Assembly (NCBI GenBank): GCA_037443365.1
Contig: JBBIOM010000001.1
Span: forward strand, 65,693-129,692
Source: Armatimonadota bacterium
Lineage (GTDB): Bacteria; Sysuimicrobiota; Sysuimicrobiia; Sysuimicrobiales; Humicultoraceae
Direction: 5' to 3'
DNA length: 64,000 nucleotides
Numbering within the stretch: the stretch's first letter is position 1; each line of letters begins with the position of its first letter. The position numbers and the translations under genes are program-made. Under the pieces are notes generated by a model. It was not told the origin of the DNA and ran no database searches. It saw only the letters and a program-made list of their open reading frames with translations. Shown piece by piece: positions 23,573 to 34,668 of the stretch.

Positions 23573-25054
23573 CTATCCTGGCGCGGCATCCAGCAGGCGG
23601 GTGATGGCCGCCTGCTGGTCGGCCCGAACCTGCTCAAGCCATGAGCGCGACACCTCGATCGAGGAGCGCGCCGATTCCATCGCGTCCAAAACCCTGCCGG
23701 GCGCGGTGCCCCCGGGCACGTCCCGGGAGGCGACGGAGCCCTCCAGGGAGACCGCGGCCAGCACGTCATCCTCGAACGCCTGGGAGATCCGGCGGTACTC
23801 CTCCAGGGGCAACTCCCAGAGCTCGCACCCGGCTGCCTCGGCGGCGCGCACCGCTCCCCCGGCGAGCTCGTGCGCCTCGCGGAACGGCACCCCCTTGCGG
23901 ACCAGGTAGTCCGCCACGTCGGTGGCTGTGATGTGCCCGCCGCGCAGCGCTTCCGCCATCCTGTCGGGCTGGATCGTCATGCGCTCCATCACCAGGGTCA
24001 CGGCGGCAAGCGCCATGCCCGCCGAGCGGAACGCGGCGAGCGCAGGCGCCTTGTCTTCTTGAAGGTCGCGGCTGTACCCAAACGCCACGCCCTTCTGCAC
24101 CGCGGCCAGCGTCACAAGCGGTCCCATGACCACCGCGGCCTGGGCGCGTGCCAGTTCCAGGAGATCGGGGTTCCGCTTCTGAGGCATCAGGCTGCTGCCG
24201 GTGGCGATAGCGTCGGGTAGCCGGATGAACCCGAACTCAGCCGTGGCCCACAACACCAGTTCCTCGGCCAGCCGCGACAGGTGAACGAGCAGGCCGGCCA
24301 CCGCGGCCACGGTCTCGAAGACGAAGTCCCGGTCGCCGGTGGCGTCGATGCTGTTCTCGCTCGTCGCTTGGAACCCCATCAGCGCGGCCTGTCGCGCCCG
24401 GTCCACAGGGAAGGAGGTGCCGGCGATTGCCCCGGACCCCAGGGGCGAAACGTCGAGACGCCGGTGGGCGTCGCGCAGACGTCCCAGGTCCCGGCCCAGC
24501 ATCCAGAAGTAAGCCATCCAGTGGTGGGCCAGCCTCACGGGTTGGGCGCGCTGGAGGTGCGTGTAGCCCGGAATGAGCACGTCCGCGGCCTCGCGGGCGC
24601 GCGCCAGGAGCGCCTCTTGGAGGATGATGACCTGCTCGACGAGACAGGCGATGCGGTCCTTGAGGTCGAGACGCATGGCGGTGGTAACCTGGTCGTTCCG
24701 GCTGCGCCCAGTCGGCAGCCAGCCGGCCGCCGGTCCGATTCGGGCCGTAAGCGTGGCCTCGATGAACGAGTGCACGTCCTCCAGGCCGTCCCCTGGAACC
24801 AGGATGCCGGCCTCGGCCTCGGTTATCATGCGGCGAAGAGCCCGCCCGACGCGCGCGGCCGCCTCCTGCGGGACGGCGCCTGCCTCGGCCATGCAGGTCA
24901 GGTGGGCCAGGCTGGCCAGCAGGTCCCACCTGAGCAGGTGCCGGTCCACCGGCAGCGAGGTGAGGAGCGGCGCGACGCGGGGGTCCGGGGGCTCGCTGAA
25001 CCGCCCTCCCCACATCAGGTACGACGCGTCGTGCTCAGCCGGTCTATCCGCCAC
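23573..25054 (-). CDS. argH: Argininosuccinate lyase
   Basis: [44 protein letters not shown]. Confidence 0.97.
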   Translation of the reverse strand: MADRPAEHDASYLMWGGRFSEPPDPRVAPLLTSLPVDRHLLRWDLLASLAHLTCMAEAGAVPQEAAARVGRALRRMITEAEAGILVPGDGLEDVHSFIEATLTARIGPAAGWLPTGRSRNDQVTTAMRLDLKDRIACLVEQVIILQEALLARAREAADVLIPGYTHLQRAQPVRLAHHWMAYFWMLGRDLGRLRDAHRRLDVSPLGSGAIAGTSFPVDRARQAALMGFQATSENSIDATGDRDFVFETVAAVAGLLVHLSRLAEELVLWATAEFGFIRLPDAIATGSSLMPQKRNPDLLELARAQAAVVMGPLVTLAAVQKGVAFGYSRDLQEDKAPALAAFRSAGMALAAVTLVMERMTIQPDRMAEALRGGHITATDVADYLVRKGVPFREAHELAGGAVRAAEAAGCELWELPLEEYRRISQAFEDDVLAAVSLEGSVASRDVPGGTAPGRVLDAMESARSSIEVSRSWLEQVRADQQAAITRLLDAAPG

Positions 25055-26270
25055 GGCTCCGCACCAGGTGCGGGTTGGCCTGCGCGAAGACCTTTGTCGG
25101 CAGGCCCCACAGGTTGATGAAACCCGCAGCCATGCGCTGGTCGTACACCGAGTCCTCGCCGAAGGTCGCCAGCTCGGGGTTGTAGAGCGAGTGCGGCGAC
25201 CGCCGTCCCACCGCGAGGACGCTGCCCTTGAACAGGCGCAGCCGCACGGTGCCGCTGACGGTCCGCTGCGTCGAGGCGACGAAGGCGTCGAAGGCCTGCC
25301 GCAGCGGGGAGAACCACTGGCCGTAGTAGATCAGCTCGGCGTACCGCTGCGCGAACTGAAGCTTGTGGTGGGCGCAGTCGCGCTCGATCGCTATCGCCTC
25401 GAGGTCGCGGTGGGCCGCGAGCAGCACCGTCCCGCCGGGCGTCTCGTAGACGCCCCGGACCTTCATCCCCACCAGCCGGTTCTCCACGATGTCCACGCGG
25501 CCGATGCCGTGTTTGCCGGCCTGCGCGTTGAGGCGCTCCATCACCGCAAGCGGGGCGAGCCGAACGCCGTCGAGCCCAACCGGGCAGCCGCGCTCGAACT
25601 CGATCTCCACGTACTGGGGCTCATCCGGCGCCGTGCGGGGGTCGGACGTGTACTGGTAGAGGTCGTGCGGCGGCTCGGCCCAGATGTCCTCCAGTATGCC
25701 CCCCTCGCTGCTGCAGTGCCACAGATTGCGGTCCACGCTGTAAGGCTTGGCCGCGGTCGCCGGCACGGGCACGCCGTGAGCCGCGGCGTACGCTATCGCC
25801 TGCTCGCGCGACCGGATGCTCCACTCGCGCCAGGGGGCGATGACCGGCAGGTGCGGAGCGAGCGCCTGATACGCCAGCTCGAACCGGACCTGGTCGTTGC
25901 CCTTGCCGGTGCATCCGTGGGCTAGGGCATCGGCACCCTCGGCGAGGGCGACCTCGACCTGCGTCTGCGCGATCAGTGGCCGCGCCAGCGCCGTTCCAAG
26001 GAGGTAACGTCCCTCGTAGACCGCGCCTGCCTGCACCATGGGCACGATGTAGTCGGTCACGAAGGCCTGCCGCACATCCACGACGTGCGCCGACGATGCG
26101 CCGCTCGCCAGGGCCTTGGCGCGGATCGCGTCGAGGTCCTCGCCCTGGCCCACATCCACGATCACCGCCGCGACCTCGCACCCGTAGGTCTCGCGCAGCC
26201 ACGGTATGGCCACCGAGGTGTCAAGCCCTCCCGAGTACGCCAACGCCGCCTTCTTGATCTTCATGCTCAT
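25044..26270 (-). CDS. argG: Argininosuccinate synthase
   Basis: [40 protein letters not shown]. Start reassigned to ATG 26270 after GGAGGAG. Confidence 0.97.
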   Translation of the reverse strand: MSMKIKKAALAYSGGLDTSVAIPWLRETYGCEVAAVIVDVGQGEDLDAIRAKALASGASSAHVVDVRQAFVTDYIVPMVQAGAVYEGRYLLGTALARPLIAQTQVEVALAEGADALAHGCTGKGNDQVRFELAYQALAPHLPVIAPWREWSIRSREQAIAYAAAHGVPVPATAAKPYSVDRNLWHCSSEGGILEDIWAEPPHDLYQYTSDPRTAPDEPQYVEIEFERGCPVGLDGVRLAPLAVMERLNAQAGKHGIGRVDIVENRLVGMKVRGVYETPGGTVLLAAHRDLEAIAIERDCAHHKLQFAQRYAELIYYGQWFSPLRQAFDAFVASTQRTVSGTVRLRLFKGSVLAVGRRSPHSLYNPELATFGEDSVYDQRMAAGFINLWGLPTKVFAQANPHLVRSRGG

Positions 26271-26310
26271 GATCTCGATGCTCCTCCCTCTTTGGTCCGC
26301 GTCCCCGACG

Positions 26311-27525
26311 CTAGCCGGGCGGCGCCTCGGCCTGCTTGGGCTCTCGGGCCGCCGACAGCACGCGGCCGAGGATCTCCAGGGCCTGCTCGATCTCGGTTCG
26401 ATCCACGACGAGCGGAGGCGCGAAGCGCAGCGCCGTGGGCGCCACGGCGTTGGTGAGCAGACCGGCGGCGCGGCACGCGTCCACAACCGGGGCGGCCTGG
26501 CCCTCTAACTCGAGCGCCAGCAGCAGCCCTCGCCCGCGGACGGCCTTGGCTAGGCCCGCGTCCACGAACCCCTGCAGGCCCGCCGCAAACAGCGCGCCCA
26601 TCTGGGCGGCGCGCTCGGCCAGGCGCTCGCGCGAGATCACCCTGAGCACCGCCATGGCTGCGGCGCAGGCCAGCGGGTTGCCCCCGAAGGTGCTGCCGTG
26701 ATCGCCGGGCGCGAACGTTACCGCCGACTCCCTGGCCAGCATCGCCCCGATGGGGAAGCCTCCCCCCAACCCCTTGGCCAGGGTCAGCACGTCGGGCGTG
26801 ATGCCGTACTGCTCATATGCGAACAGGGTTCCGGTGCGCGCGATCCCGGTCTGCACCTCATCCAGCATGAGGAGCAGCCCGCGCTCGTCGCACAGGGCAC
26901 GCAGCCCGGCGAGGTACTCGGGGGTCGCCTGCTGGATCCCGCTCTCGCCCTGGATCGGCTCGAGCAACACGGCGCAGGTGCGGTCCGTGACGGCCCCCCG
27001 CGCCGCCTCCAGGTCGTTGAACGGCACTGGCACGAATCCTGGCGGGAGAGGGTTGAACGGTTCCTGGTACTTGGACTGCATCGTCGCGGCCAGGGTAGCC
27101 ATCGTGCGGCCGTGGAAGGACTGGTGGGCCACGATGATCTCGTAGCGGTTCGCGCCGTCACGCTTTCCCCACTTGCGCGAGAGCTTGATCGCCGCCTCGT
27201 TGGCCTCGGCCCCGCTGTTGCAGAAGAAGGCGCGGTCGCAGGCCGAGTGCTCGACAAGCCACTGCGCCAACTGCGCCTGCTCGGCTATGTGAAACAGGTT
27301 CGAGACGTGCAGCATCCTGGCGGCCTGGTTCTGGATCGCGGCCACAAGCTCCGGATGGGCATGCCCCAGCGCGCTGACGGCGATACCGCCGATGAAATCA
27401 AGGTATCGCCTGCCCTCGAGATCCACCAGCCACACGCCCTCGCCGTGAGAGAAGGCCACCGGCGCGCGGCGGTAGGTCGGCATCAGGTATTGAGCCGTCA
27501 GGGCAATCGTCTGCTCGGTGGTCAT
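26311..27525 (-). CDS. argD: Acetylornithine aminotransferase
   Basis: [35 protein letters not shown] lysine in [17 protein letters not shown]. Lies within the arg operon. Confidence 0.95.
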   Translation of the reverse strand: MTTEQTIALTAQYLMPTYRRAPVAFSHGEGVWLVDLEGRRYLDFIGGIAVSALGHAHPELVAAIQNQAARMLHVSNLFHIAEQAQLAQWLVEHSACDRAFFCNSGAEANEAAIKLSRKWGKRDGANRYEIIVAHQSFHGRTMATLAATMQSKYQEPFNPLPPGFVPVPFNDLEAARGAVTDRTCAVLLEPIQGESGIQQATPEYLAGLRALCDERGLLLMLDEVQTGIARTGTLFAYEQYGITPDVLTLAKGLGGGFPIGAMLARESAVTFAPGDHGSTFGGNPLACAAAMAVLRVISRERLAERAAQMGALFAAGLQGFVDAGLAKAVRGRGLLLALELEGQAAPVVDACRAAGLLTNAVAPTALRFAPPLVVDRTEIEQALEILGRVLSAAREPKQAEAPPG

Positions 27526-27528
27526 ACC

Positions 27529-28425
27529 TCACCCCGCCTGCGATGTGATCATCGTGCCAATGCCGGACTCGGTGAACAGCTCGATCAGGAGCGCGTGCGG
27601 CACACCGGTTCCTATGATGTGGGCGCTCGGCACCCCACCGTCGAGGGCGTTCAGGCAGGCCTCCACCTTGGGAATCATGCCGCGCGAGATCGTGCCGTCG
27701 CTCATCAACTGCCGGACCTCTTCCACGGACAGGGTGGACAGCAGCTCCGGCGCGCCCGGACCCGCGCGCATGACGCCGGGCACATCGGTCAGAATGACCA
27801 GCTTGCTCGCGCCCAGCGCCGCCGCGAGGGCGCCGGCCGCGTGGTCGGCGTTCAGGTTGAAGCTCTCCCCAACCTCGCCGATCCCGACCGAGGCGACAAC
27901 CGGGATGTGCCCGGCGTCGCTGATCGTCTGGATGATGCCTCCCTGAACCGCCACCACCTCGCCGACGTACCCCAGGCCCTCGGGCGACTCGAGGCGGCGG
28001 GCCCGCAGGAGGCCGGCATCCTTGCCCGAGAGCCCGACCGCGCTGCCCCCGGCCGTGGAGATCATCGTCACCAACGCCTTGTTGGCGCGCCCGGCCAGGA
28101 CCATCTCGACGATCTCGATGGTCTCGGCGTCGGTCACGCGAAGGCCCTGCACGAACCGCGTTTCCTTGCCCAGCCGCTCGAGCATGCGTGTGATCTCGGG
28201 CCCTCCGCCGTGCACCAGCACCGGGTTGACGCCGGCGCCCTTGAGGAGCACCAGGTCCTCAACAACGGTACCGGCGCTTCCGGCGTCGAGCACGCTCCCG
28301 CCGTACTTCACGACCACGGTCCTGCCGCGCCAGGCCGCTGCGTAGCGCAGCCCAAGGGCTATCATCTTCCCCTCTTCCGCCGGCTCAATGGGTGGCATCG
28401 GCCCCTGTTCCTCCTCGTCGTTCAC
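27529..28425 (-). CDS. argB: Acetylglutamate kinase
   Basis: VVKYGGS, VHGGGPEI, GLRVTD, NLNADHAA, LTDVPGV, GMIPKV. Exact start uncertain. Confidence 0.96.
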   Translation of the reverse strand: MNDEEEQGPMPPIEPAEEGKMIALGLRYAAAWRGRTVVVKYGGSVLDAGSAGTVVEDLVLLKGAGVNPVLVHGGGPEITRMLERLGKETRFVQGLRVTDAETIEIVEMVLAGRANKALVTMISTAGGSAVGLSGKDAGLLRARRLESPEGLGYVGEVVAVQGGIIQTISDAGHIPVVASVGIGEVGESFNLNADHAAGALAAALGASKLVILTDVPGVMRAGPGAPELLSTLSVEEVRQLMSDGTISRGMIPKVEACLNALDGGVPSAHIIGTGVPHALLIELFTESGIGTMITSQAG

Positions 28426-29645
28426 GAAAGATACCCGCTGTTGATCCTCACGTAGGATTCCGAGAGGTCGCAGGTCCAGCCCGTGAAGGAGCCGTCTCCC
28501 AGGCCAAGATCAATCGTCACGCGTACCTCGGGCGCCCTGACGAGGGGTTCGGCATCGGGATAGGCCTGAAGAATGCCCACGCCCCCTCGCACGACCCAGA
28601 CGCCGCCGATGGCGATGCCCAGGCGGTCGGGTGCGACCTGTGCGCCGCTGCGCCCCAGCGCCGCGGCGATCCTGCCCCAGTTGAGCTCGGCGCCGTGAAA
28701 CGCGGTCTTGACCAGGGGCGAGGTCATCACGGCCCCTGCCGCGCGGCGGGCGTCGGCGTCAGAGGCCGCCCCCGCCACCACCACCTCTATCACGCGCGTG
28801 GTCCCCTCGCCGTCCTTGACTATGAGCCGGGCGAGCCGGCCCGCCACCTCGGTCAGGCCGGCCCGGAAGGCCTCGAAGCGCGGGCTGCCTTCGGCCAGCG
28901 GGGAGATGCCGGCGGCGCCGTTGGCGAGCAGGAAGACGCTGTCGCTGGTGCTGGTGTCGCCGTCCACGCTGATGCAGTTGAAGGAGCGGTCCACGGCGCC
29001 ACGCAGCGCCACTCGGAGCGCACCCGCTCCCAGGGGAGCATCGGTCGTCATGACAGCGATCATTGTGGCCATGTTGGGGTGGATCATACCGGCACCCTTC
29101 GCGATCCCGCCGATTGTCGCGACCCCGTCGCCCAGGTCAACCTGAACGCCCGCGGTCTTGGGGAACGCGTCGGTGGTCATGATAGCGTGGGCCGCGGTCA
29201 TGCCATCCTGGCCTAGCGCCGCGACCAGCGCCGGGATCCCGGCGACGATGCGCTCGATCGGAAGCGGGCGGCCTATGACGCCGGTGCTGGCCACCACCAC
29301 CATGTCCTCGGGCACGCCCAGCGCGGCGGCCGCGGCCGCGGTCATGGCGAGCGCATCCGTATTCCCTTGGGGCCCGGTGCAGGCGTTGGAGTTGCCGCTG
29401 TTCACCAGCACCGCCTGCGCGCGCCCCGATGCGAGCCTGGATTCGCTGAGGGCGACCGGCGCCGAGCGCATCTTGTTCTGGGTGAACGTCCCGGCCGCCG
29501 CGGCCGGGAGATCAGAGACCACCAGCGCCAGGTCGGGCTGGCTGGCCTTGATGCCGCAGTGGATCCCGGCCGCCCGATAACCGCGCGGACTGGTCACGGT
29601 GCCGTCTATCGAGGTCACATGCTCGCCTGCCTGCATCGTGGTCAC
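28422..29645 (-). CDS. argJ: Ornithine acetyltransferase / N-acetylglutamate synthase
   Basis: NSGNSNACTG, STGVIG, IMTTD, KGAGMIHPNMATM (autocleavage site), DGEG, WTCDLS..YV.IN. Confidence 0.97.
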   Translation of the reverse strand: MTTMQAGEHVTSIDGTVTSPRGYRAAGIHCGIKASQPDLALVVSDLPAAAAGTFTQNKMRSAPVALSESRLASGRAQAVLVNSGNSNACTGPQGNTDALAMTAAAAAALGVPEDMVVVASTGVIGRPLPIERIVAGIPALVAALGQDGMTAAHAIMTTDAFPKTAGVQVDLGDGVATIGGIAKGAGMIHPNMATMIAVMTTDAPLGAGALRVALRGAVDRSFNCISVDGDTSTSDSVFLLANGAAGISPLAEGSPRFEAFRAGLTEVAGRLARLIVKDGEGTTRVIEVVVAGAASDADARRAAGAVMTSPLVKTAFHGAELNWGRIAAALGRSGAQVAPDRLGIAIGGVWVVRGGVGILQAYPDAEPLVRAPEVRVTIDLGLGDGSFTGWTCDLSESYVRINSGYLS

Positions 29646-29694
29646 GCTCCCGCAGCCGGCCGCATGGTCCGGCCGTGTGTCATCCCGGAACTGC

Positions 29695-30732
29695 CTAGGG
29701 ATAGAGAGGCGGCTCCCGCAGCCCTGCGTCCTCCGGGTAGCCGCACATCAGGTTCATGTTCTGAATCGCCTGGCCGGCGGCGCCCTTCACGAGATTGTCG
29801 AGCGCCGCCATTGCGATGACCGCGCCGGCGTGCGTGTCCACGCGCACGGCCACATCACAGTAGTTCGAACCGCAGGTGGCCTTGGTCTCGGGGATTCCGC
29901 CCGGCAGAACACGCACGAACGGCTCCGAGGCATAGGCGTCAACGAGGATCTGCTCGGCCTCCGCGGTGTCGAGCGCGCGCGCCGGCCGCATGTATACCGT
30001 GGCGAGGATGCCCCTGGTCATGGGGATGAGGTGCGGCGTGAAGACCACCGAGACAGGCGCGCCGGCGACTCCTGAGAGTTCCTGCTCGATCTCGGGTGTG
30101 TGTCTGTGTCCCACGACGTTGTACGGCCTCACGTTCTCGTTGACCTCGCTGAAGTGCGTACCCAGCGACGCGCCCCGCCCGGCCCCTGACACACCGGACT
30201 TGGCGTCCACGATGATGTCCCCGGGCTGCACAGCGGCGGCCTTGAGGAAGGGGGCAATGGCGATCAGCGCGGCCGTCGGGTAGCAGCCGGGGTTGCCTAC
30301 CACGCGGGACATCCTGATGCGGTCGCGGTGCAGCTCGGGCTGGCCGTAGGCCGCCTCGCCGAGCAGATCAGGGCAGGCATGCTCGGCCTTGTACCACCTG
30401 GCGTAGGTCGCCGGATCGCGGAACCTGAAGTCCGCGCCCAGGTCAATCACCTTCACGCGCGGGGGAAGCCTGGGGACCATTGTCATCGCGATCCCGTTGG
30501 GCAGCGCGATGAACACGACGTCGGAATCGGCGCCGATGGCCTCGAGGTCGGCTTCCTCTGTCGAGTGCGCCACGAACCCGCGCAGGTTGGGAAAGACCTC
30601 GCCGTAGGCCTCCAGCTTGCGGCTCTCCGCCGTCAGGTGGACGAGCGTCGCGCTGGGATGGCCGACCAGGAAGCGGACCAGCTCTCCGCCGCCGTATCCG
30701 GATGCGCCTATGATGCTGACTCGTGTCCCCAT
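29695..30732 (-). CDS. argC: N-acetyl-gamma-glutamyl-phosphate reductase
   Basis: GASGYGGGEL, NPGCYPT, SGVSGAG, HRHTPEI, DNLVKGAAGQA. Start reassigned to ATG 30732. Confidence 0.97.
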   Translation of the reverse strand: MGTRVSIIGASGYGGGELVRFLVGHPSATLVHLTAESRKLEAYGEVFPNLRGFVAHSTEEADLEAIGADSDVVFIALPNGIAMTMVPRLPPRVKVIDLGADFRFRDPATYARWYKAEHACPDLLGEAAYGQPELHRDRIRMSRVVGNPGCYPTAALIAIAPFLKAAAVQPGDIIVDAKSGVSGAGRGASLGTHFSEVNENVRPYNVVGHRHTPEIEQELSGVAGAPVSVVFTPHLIPMTRGILATVYMRPARALDTAEAEQILVDAYASEPFVRVLPGGIPETKATCGSNYCDVAVRVDTHAGAVIAMAALDNLVKGAAGQAIQNMNLMCGYPEDAGLREPPLYP

Positions 30733-30767
30733 GTAATCTTTATACACCATGATGCATGAATGTGCAA
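30733..30767 (-). promoter_or_regulatory. arg operon promoter overlapped by two tandem ARG boxes; apparently leaderless
   Basis: Minus strand TTGCAC-17-TATAAA, then 6 nt, then the argC ATG. ARG-box-like 14-mers TGCACATTCATGCA (30753-30766) and TGTATAAAGATTAC (30733-30746) are 20 bp apart, in an AT-rich patch. Confidence 0.85.
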
Positions 30768-30803
30768 GCCCCAGGTAGCAGGTTCTCGGGTGTCGGGAGG
30801 GCT

Positions 30804-31526
30804 TCAGGCCCTGGGGCGCAGCAGGCGCTCGTACAGCAGCATGGCGGCGGCAACCAGCCCGGCGGTCTCGGTGCGCAGGAGCAGCGCGCCGAGCGAGACG
30901 GTGTGCCCTCCCGCGGCGCGCGCCGCGGCGACGTCGGCCGGGGTGAGCCCGCCCTCGGGTCCGATCAAGATGGCGGCCGAGGAGAACGCGCATCCCGACG
31001 CCACCACGCCTATGGGACGCGCCTCATCCTCCCAGGGCACGACGAACAGGTCCACCGGGGCCAGGGCGGCCAGCGCCGCTTCAAGACGCGCAGGGGCGCA
31101 TATCTCGGGGCTGTCGGCCCGCCCGCACTGCCGGGCCGCCTCCAGCGCTACCCGGCGCCAGCGGTCGAGGCGCGACGAACCCGGCTCCGTCACCGTGCGG
31201 TCCGTCAGCACCGGGTGGATGCTCGACAGGCCTATCTCGGTGCCCATCCTCACGATCAGGTCCATCTTGGCGCCGCGCGGCACGCCCTGGAGCAGCGCGA
31301 TGTCCACCGGCCGCCGCGCCACGCAGGGCGCCGCTACGCGCCGGGCAACCACGCCGGACCGACCGGCCTCGACAATCTCCACCTCTGCCTCGCGCTGCCC
31401 GTCGAAGGCCACCAGCCTGGCGCCGGGCCGCAGCCGCAGCACCCTTGCGATGTGGTGGGCTTCGCGCGGCGCGAAGGCGAAGGACTCCTGATCGAGCGCC
31501 TGTGGCGGCGCGTAGAAGCGCCGCAT
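30804..31526 (-). CDS. rsmE: 16S rRNA m3U1498 methyltransferase
   Basis: HHIARVLRL, EAARQCGR, IGPEGGL, SLGALLLRTETAG. Start ATG 31526. Confidence 0.96.
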   Translation of the reverse strand: MRRFYAPPQALDQESFAFAPREAHHIARVLRLRPGARLVAFDGQREAEVEIVEAGRSGVVARRVAAPCVARRPVDIALLQGVPRGAKMDLIVRMGTEIGLSSIHPVLTDRTVTEPGSSRLDRWRRVALEAARQCGRADSPEICAPARLEAALAALAPVDLFVVPWEDEARPIGVVASGCAFSSAAILIGPEGGLTPADVAAARAAGGHTVSLGALLLRTETAGLVAAAMLLYERLLRPRA

Positions 31527-32392
31527 CAGGACCTCCTCGCTACGCCGCGCACAGCGTGCACGGCGCACCAGCCCCGTAGCGCCTCTATCCTCCCCAAGCG
31601 CAGGCCGGCCGCCTTGACCAGGCGACTAACCTCCGCGACGCGCGCGCGGCCGAAGCCGCTCCCCACGAAGCGGCCGCCCGGAGCCAGGCACCGCACAACG
31701 TGGGGAAGGACTCCGACCAGAAGCTCGGCCGTGAGGTTCGCCACGATCAGGTCCGCGCGCAGACGCACGCGCCCCAGGCCCCGCGCCCGGCGCACCGTGA
31801 CGCTGTGCGCCACGCCGTTCGCGCGCGCGTTGGCCCGCGCCACGGAAGTGGCGATGGGATCGTCGTCTATCGCCAGCACGCGCCGCGCGCCCAGGCGGGC
31901 GGCCGCTATGCCCAGGATGCCTGAGCCGGTGCCCAGATCGAGCACCGTCTCCCCTCCCGTGACATGCCGCTCCACCGCGGCCAGGCAGAGCCGCGTCGTG
32001 GGATGCTCTCCGCTGCCAAAGGCCTGACCGGCGTCGAGCCGCACCAGCACCTGCCCGGGGAGCGCCTGCGGCCGCGTCCGTGTCGGCGTCACCACGAGAC
32101 GGCCGACCCGCACCGGTCTGGCGTATCTGTGCCACGCGCCGGTCCAATCCGCGTCGTCCACCACGCGCGTCGCCGGGGCGGCTGAGCCCACCCGGCGCTC
32201 TAGCTCGCGCCAGAGCCGGGTGAGGGCAGCGCGGCCGGCCCTCGTACAGGGCAGGTATGCGCGCAGGATCCGGCGGCTTCCTCCCCGGGCCTTGTCCTCA
32301 CAGAGCCCGGACGGGCAACAGCGCAGCAGGCAGTCACCCGCTGCCTCAAGATCCGAGCGCGGCACTTCGAGGGAGATCTCGATCCAGCGCAA
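31526..32392 (-). CDS. prmA: Ribosomal protein L11 methyltransferase
   Basis: AFGSGEHPTTRLC, VLDLGTGSGILG, IVANL. Lies between dnaJ and rsmE. Confidence 0.95.
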   Translation of the reverse strand: MRWIEISLEVPRSDLEAAGDCLLRCCPSGLCEDKARGGSRRILRAYLPCTRAGRAALTRLWRELERRVGSAAPATRVVDDADWTGAWHRYARPVRVGRLVVTPTRTRPQALPGQVLVRLDAGQAFGSGEHPTTRLCLAAVERHVTGGETVLDLGTGSGILGIAAARLGARRVLAIDDDPIATSVARANARANGVAHSVTVRRARGLGRVRLRADLIVANLTAELLVGVLPHVVRCLAPGGRFVGSGFGRARVAEVSRLVKAAGLRLGRIEALRGWCAVHAVRGVARRS

Positions 32393-32408
32393 GACGGCAG
32401 CCTGCCGG

Positions 32409-33548
32409 TCAGACCTGCTCGAGCAGGTCCTTCATCTTCTTGAGAATCGGCTTGCGCCTGCCCGATCGCTTCTTGTCTTCGGGTTGGCGCTCGCCGCCCA
32501 GGCGCGCCAGCTCCTCGAGCAGCGCCCGCTGTTGCGGTGTCAGATGCGTCGGGATCGTGACCCGGGCAGACAGGTGCAGCCCGCCCCGGCCGCCGCGCAG
32601 ATCGGGCAGCCCCTTGCCACGGACCGTGATCGTCGCGCCCGGCTGCGTGCCGGCGGGCACCGTCGCGAAGACCGGTCCGTCGAGACCCGTTATCTCGATC
32701 TCGGCGCCCAGCGCCGCCTGCGTCACGGTGACCTCCAGGTCCCGATAGAGGTCGCGCCCGCGCCGGGCGAACACCCGGTGCGGCGCGACGTGGACCACGA
32801 CAAACAGGTCGCCGCGTCCGCCCCCGCGCACCCCGGCCTCGCCCTCGCCGGCCAGGCGCAGGTGCATGCCGTCCTCTACGCCGGCAGGGATCGTAACCGT
32901 GATCTCCCGCCTGGCCTCTGACTGACCCGCGCCTCGACAGTTCGCACACGGATGGGCTATGTACGTGCCTGTCCCCCTGCACTGCCCGCAGGTCACCACC
33001 TGCGTGAGGTGACCGAAGATCGTGCGGGCGGCGTGGCGGACCTCCCCGGTGCCATGGCAGGACGGGCAGCGCTGCGGGCTCGAGCCCTGCTCGGAGCCGG
33101 TACCGAAGCAGGCCGGGCACGTCTCGAGGCGTTCCACCGCGATCCGTCGCTCCGCGCCCGAGACGACCTCCTCCAGTGTAACCTCAAGATCGTAGCGCAT
33201 GTCGGCGCCGCGCACAGGCCCTTCCCGCTCGGACCCTGCCGCCCTGCCGCGACCGCCGAAGAACATCTCGAACAGGTCCTCGAAAGGACCGACACCGCCC
33301 CCAAACGGGCCGGGCTCTGATCCCACGAAGCCAAACCGGTCGTACTGGCTCCGCTTGACCGGGTCGCTCAGCACCGCGTAGGCCTCGTTCACGTCCTTGA
33401 ACCGCTCTCCGGCCAGGGGATCGTCGCGCCGGACGTCCGGATGCGTCTCACGCGCGAGGCGGCGGTATGCCTGCTTTATCTCGTCCTGCGTGGCACGGCG
33501 GTCAACGCCCAGTATCTCGTAGAGGTCCCTGGTGTCTCCGGAAGTCAT
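32409..33548 (-). CDS. dnaJ: Chaperone DnaJ
   Basis: J-domain HPD, four CxxCxGxG repeats, [13 protein letters not shown]. Confidence 0.98.
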   Translation of the reverse strand: MTSGDTRDLYEILGVDRRATQDEIKQAYRRLARETHPDVRRDDPLAGERFKDVNEAYAVLSDPVKRSQYDRFGFVGSEPGPFGGGVGPFEDLFEMFFGGRGRAAGSEREGPVRGADMRYDLEVTLEEVVSGAERRIAVERLETCPACFGTGSEQGSSPQRCPSCHGTGEVRHAARTIFGHLTQVVTCGQCRGTGTYIAHPCANCRGAGQSEARREITVTIPAGVEDGMHLRLAGEGEAGVRGGGRGDLFVVVHVAPHRVFARRGRDLYRDLEVTVTQAALGAEIEITGLDGPVFATVPAGTQPGATITVRGKGLPDLRGGRGGLHLSARVTIPTHLTPQQRALLEELARLGGERQPEDKKRSGRRKPILKKMKDLLEQV

Positions 33549-33584
33549 CTGTGCTGATATGCCCGCCTGAAGAAAGCCGCCGGC

Positions 33585-34616
33585 CTAGGCCGACGACCTC
33601 ATTGCCTCGCTGAGACCCTCGGCAACGTGACGCACTGCGGCGACCGTGCTGCGGTAGCGCATCCTGGTGGGCCCTATCACGCCGATCGTACCGCAGCGCT
33701 GCTCGCCCGCGCGGTAGGCCGTCATGACCAGACTGCACAGACGCAGCTGCTCGAGCTGATTCTCCTGCCCGATGAAGATCCACACGCCCTGCTCGGGTAC
33801 CGAGGAGAGCACGCGCTCGAGCAGCGGCTCGTTCTCCAGGATCTCGAACAGCCGGGTGGCCCGGTCCGGAGTCCTGAACTCCGGCTCGGCCAGGAGGTGA
33901 CGCGCACCGGCCACACGGATCTGCGACCGGGCGCTCCTTGCCAGGTCGCGCAGCAACCAGGCCCTGACCTCCTCAAGCCAGCGGTGCTGGCGCGAGGCCT
34001 CGCCCAGCACCTGCTCCAGCCGCTGATAGGTTAGGTCGGCCACCCTGGTGCCCCGCAGGCGGTAGGTGATCGCCCTCGACAGGTGCTCAAGGTCGTCGGG
34101 CGCGACCCCGTCCGGGAGCTCGACCGGGTGTCCCAGCAGCGCGCCCGAGTCGGCCGCTATCACGGCCAGGGCGCGACGCTCACCCATCGGGACCAGATGC
34201 AGCGACGCGAACGCCTGCGCCTGCATCCTGGGGGCCGCCGCGACCGACGCGTAGCCGGTCATGCCTGCGAGCAGCCGCGCGGCCTCGCCCACGACACCAC
34301 CGGGCTCCTCGTCCGGGGCGCCCAGCCGGCGGCGAATGCTCTCGGTGGCCGGGCCCCCAAGCGGGTCGGCCTTCGGCAGCATGTCAACGTAGACGCGGTA
34401 CCCCCAGTCCGTGGGGATCCTGCCGGCGGAGGTGTGCGGGTGCGTCAGCAGGCCCAACTCCTCCATGCTGGCCAGCGCGCTGCGGATCGTGGCAGGGCTC
34501 ACGCTCAGCCGCCCCCGCAGGGCGGCGTGCCTTGAGCCCACGGGCTCGGCCGTGCGGACGTGTTCCTCCACGACCGTGCGGAGCAGGATTCGCCTGCGGG
34601 CGTCAAGTCTGAGCAT
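33585..34616 (-). CDS. hrcA: Heat-inducible transcription repressor
   Basis: EPVGS, SPATIR, HPHTSAGRIPTDWGYRVYVD, GVIGPTRMRY. Start reassigned to ATG 34616 because the ORF-track GTG lies inside the CIRCE. Confidence 0.95.
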   Translation of the reverse strand: MLRLDARRRILLRTVVEEHVRTAEPVGSRHAALRGRLSVSPATIRSALASMEELGLLTHPHTSAGRIPTDWGYRVYVDMLPKADPLGGPATESIRRRLGAPDEEPGGVVGEAARLLAGMTGYASVAAAPRMQAQAFASLHLVPMGERRALAVIAADSGALLGHPVELPDGVAPDDLEHLSRAITYRLRGTRVADLTYQRLEQVLGEASRQHRWLEEVRAWLLRDLARSARSQIRVAGARHLLAEPEFRTPDRATRLFEILENEPLLERVLSSVPEQGVWIFIGQENQLEQLRLCSLVMTAYRAGEQRCGTIGVIGPTRMRYRSTVAAVRHVAEGLSEAMRSSA

Positions 34617-34630
34617 GCGTCCACCTGAGG

Positions 34631-34657
34631 CTGGCACTCGTCTGCCCTGAGTGCCAG
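34631..34657. promoter_or_regulatory. CIRCE element (HrcA operator)
   Basis: CTGGCACTC-N9-GAGTGCCAG perfect inverted repeat (consensus TTAGCACTC-N9-GAGTGCTAA) immediately upstream of hrcA. Confidence 0.93.
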
Positions 34658-34668
34658 CGAGCGCTCTC

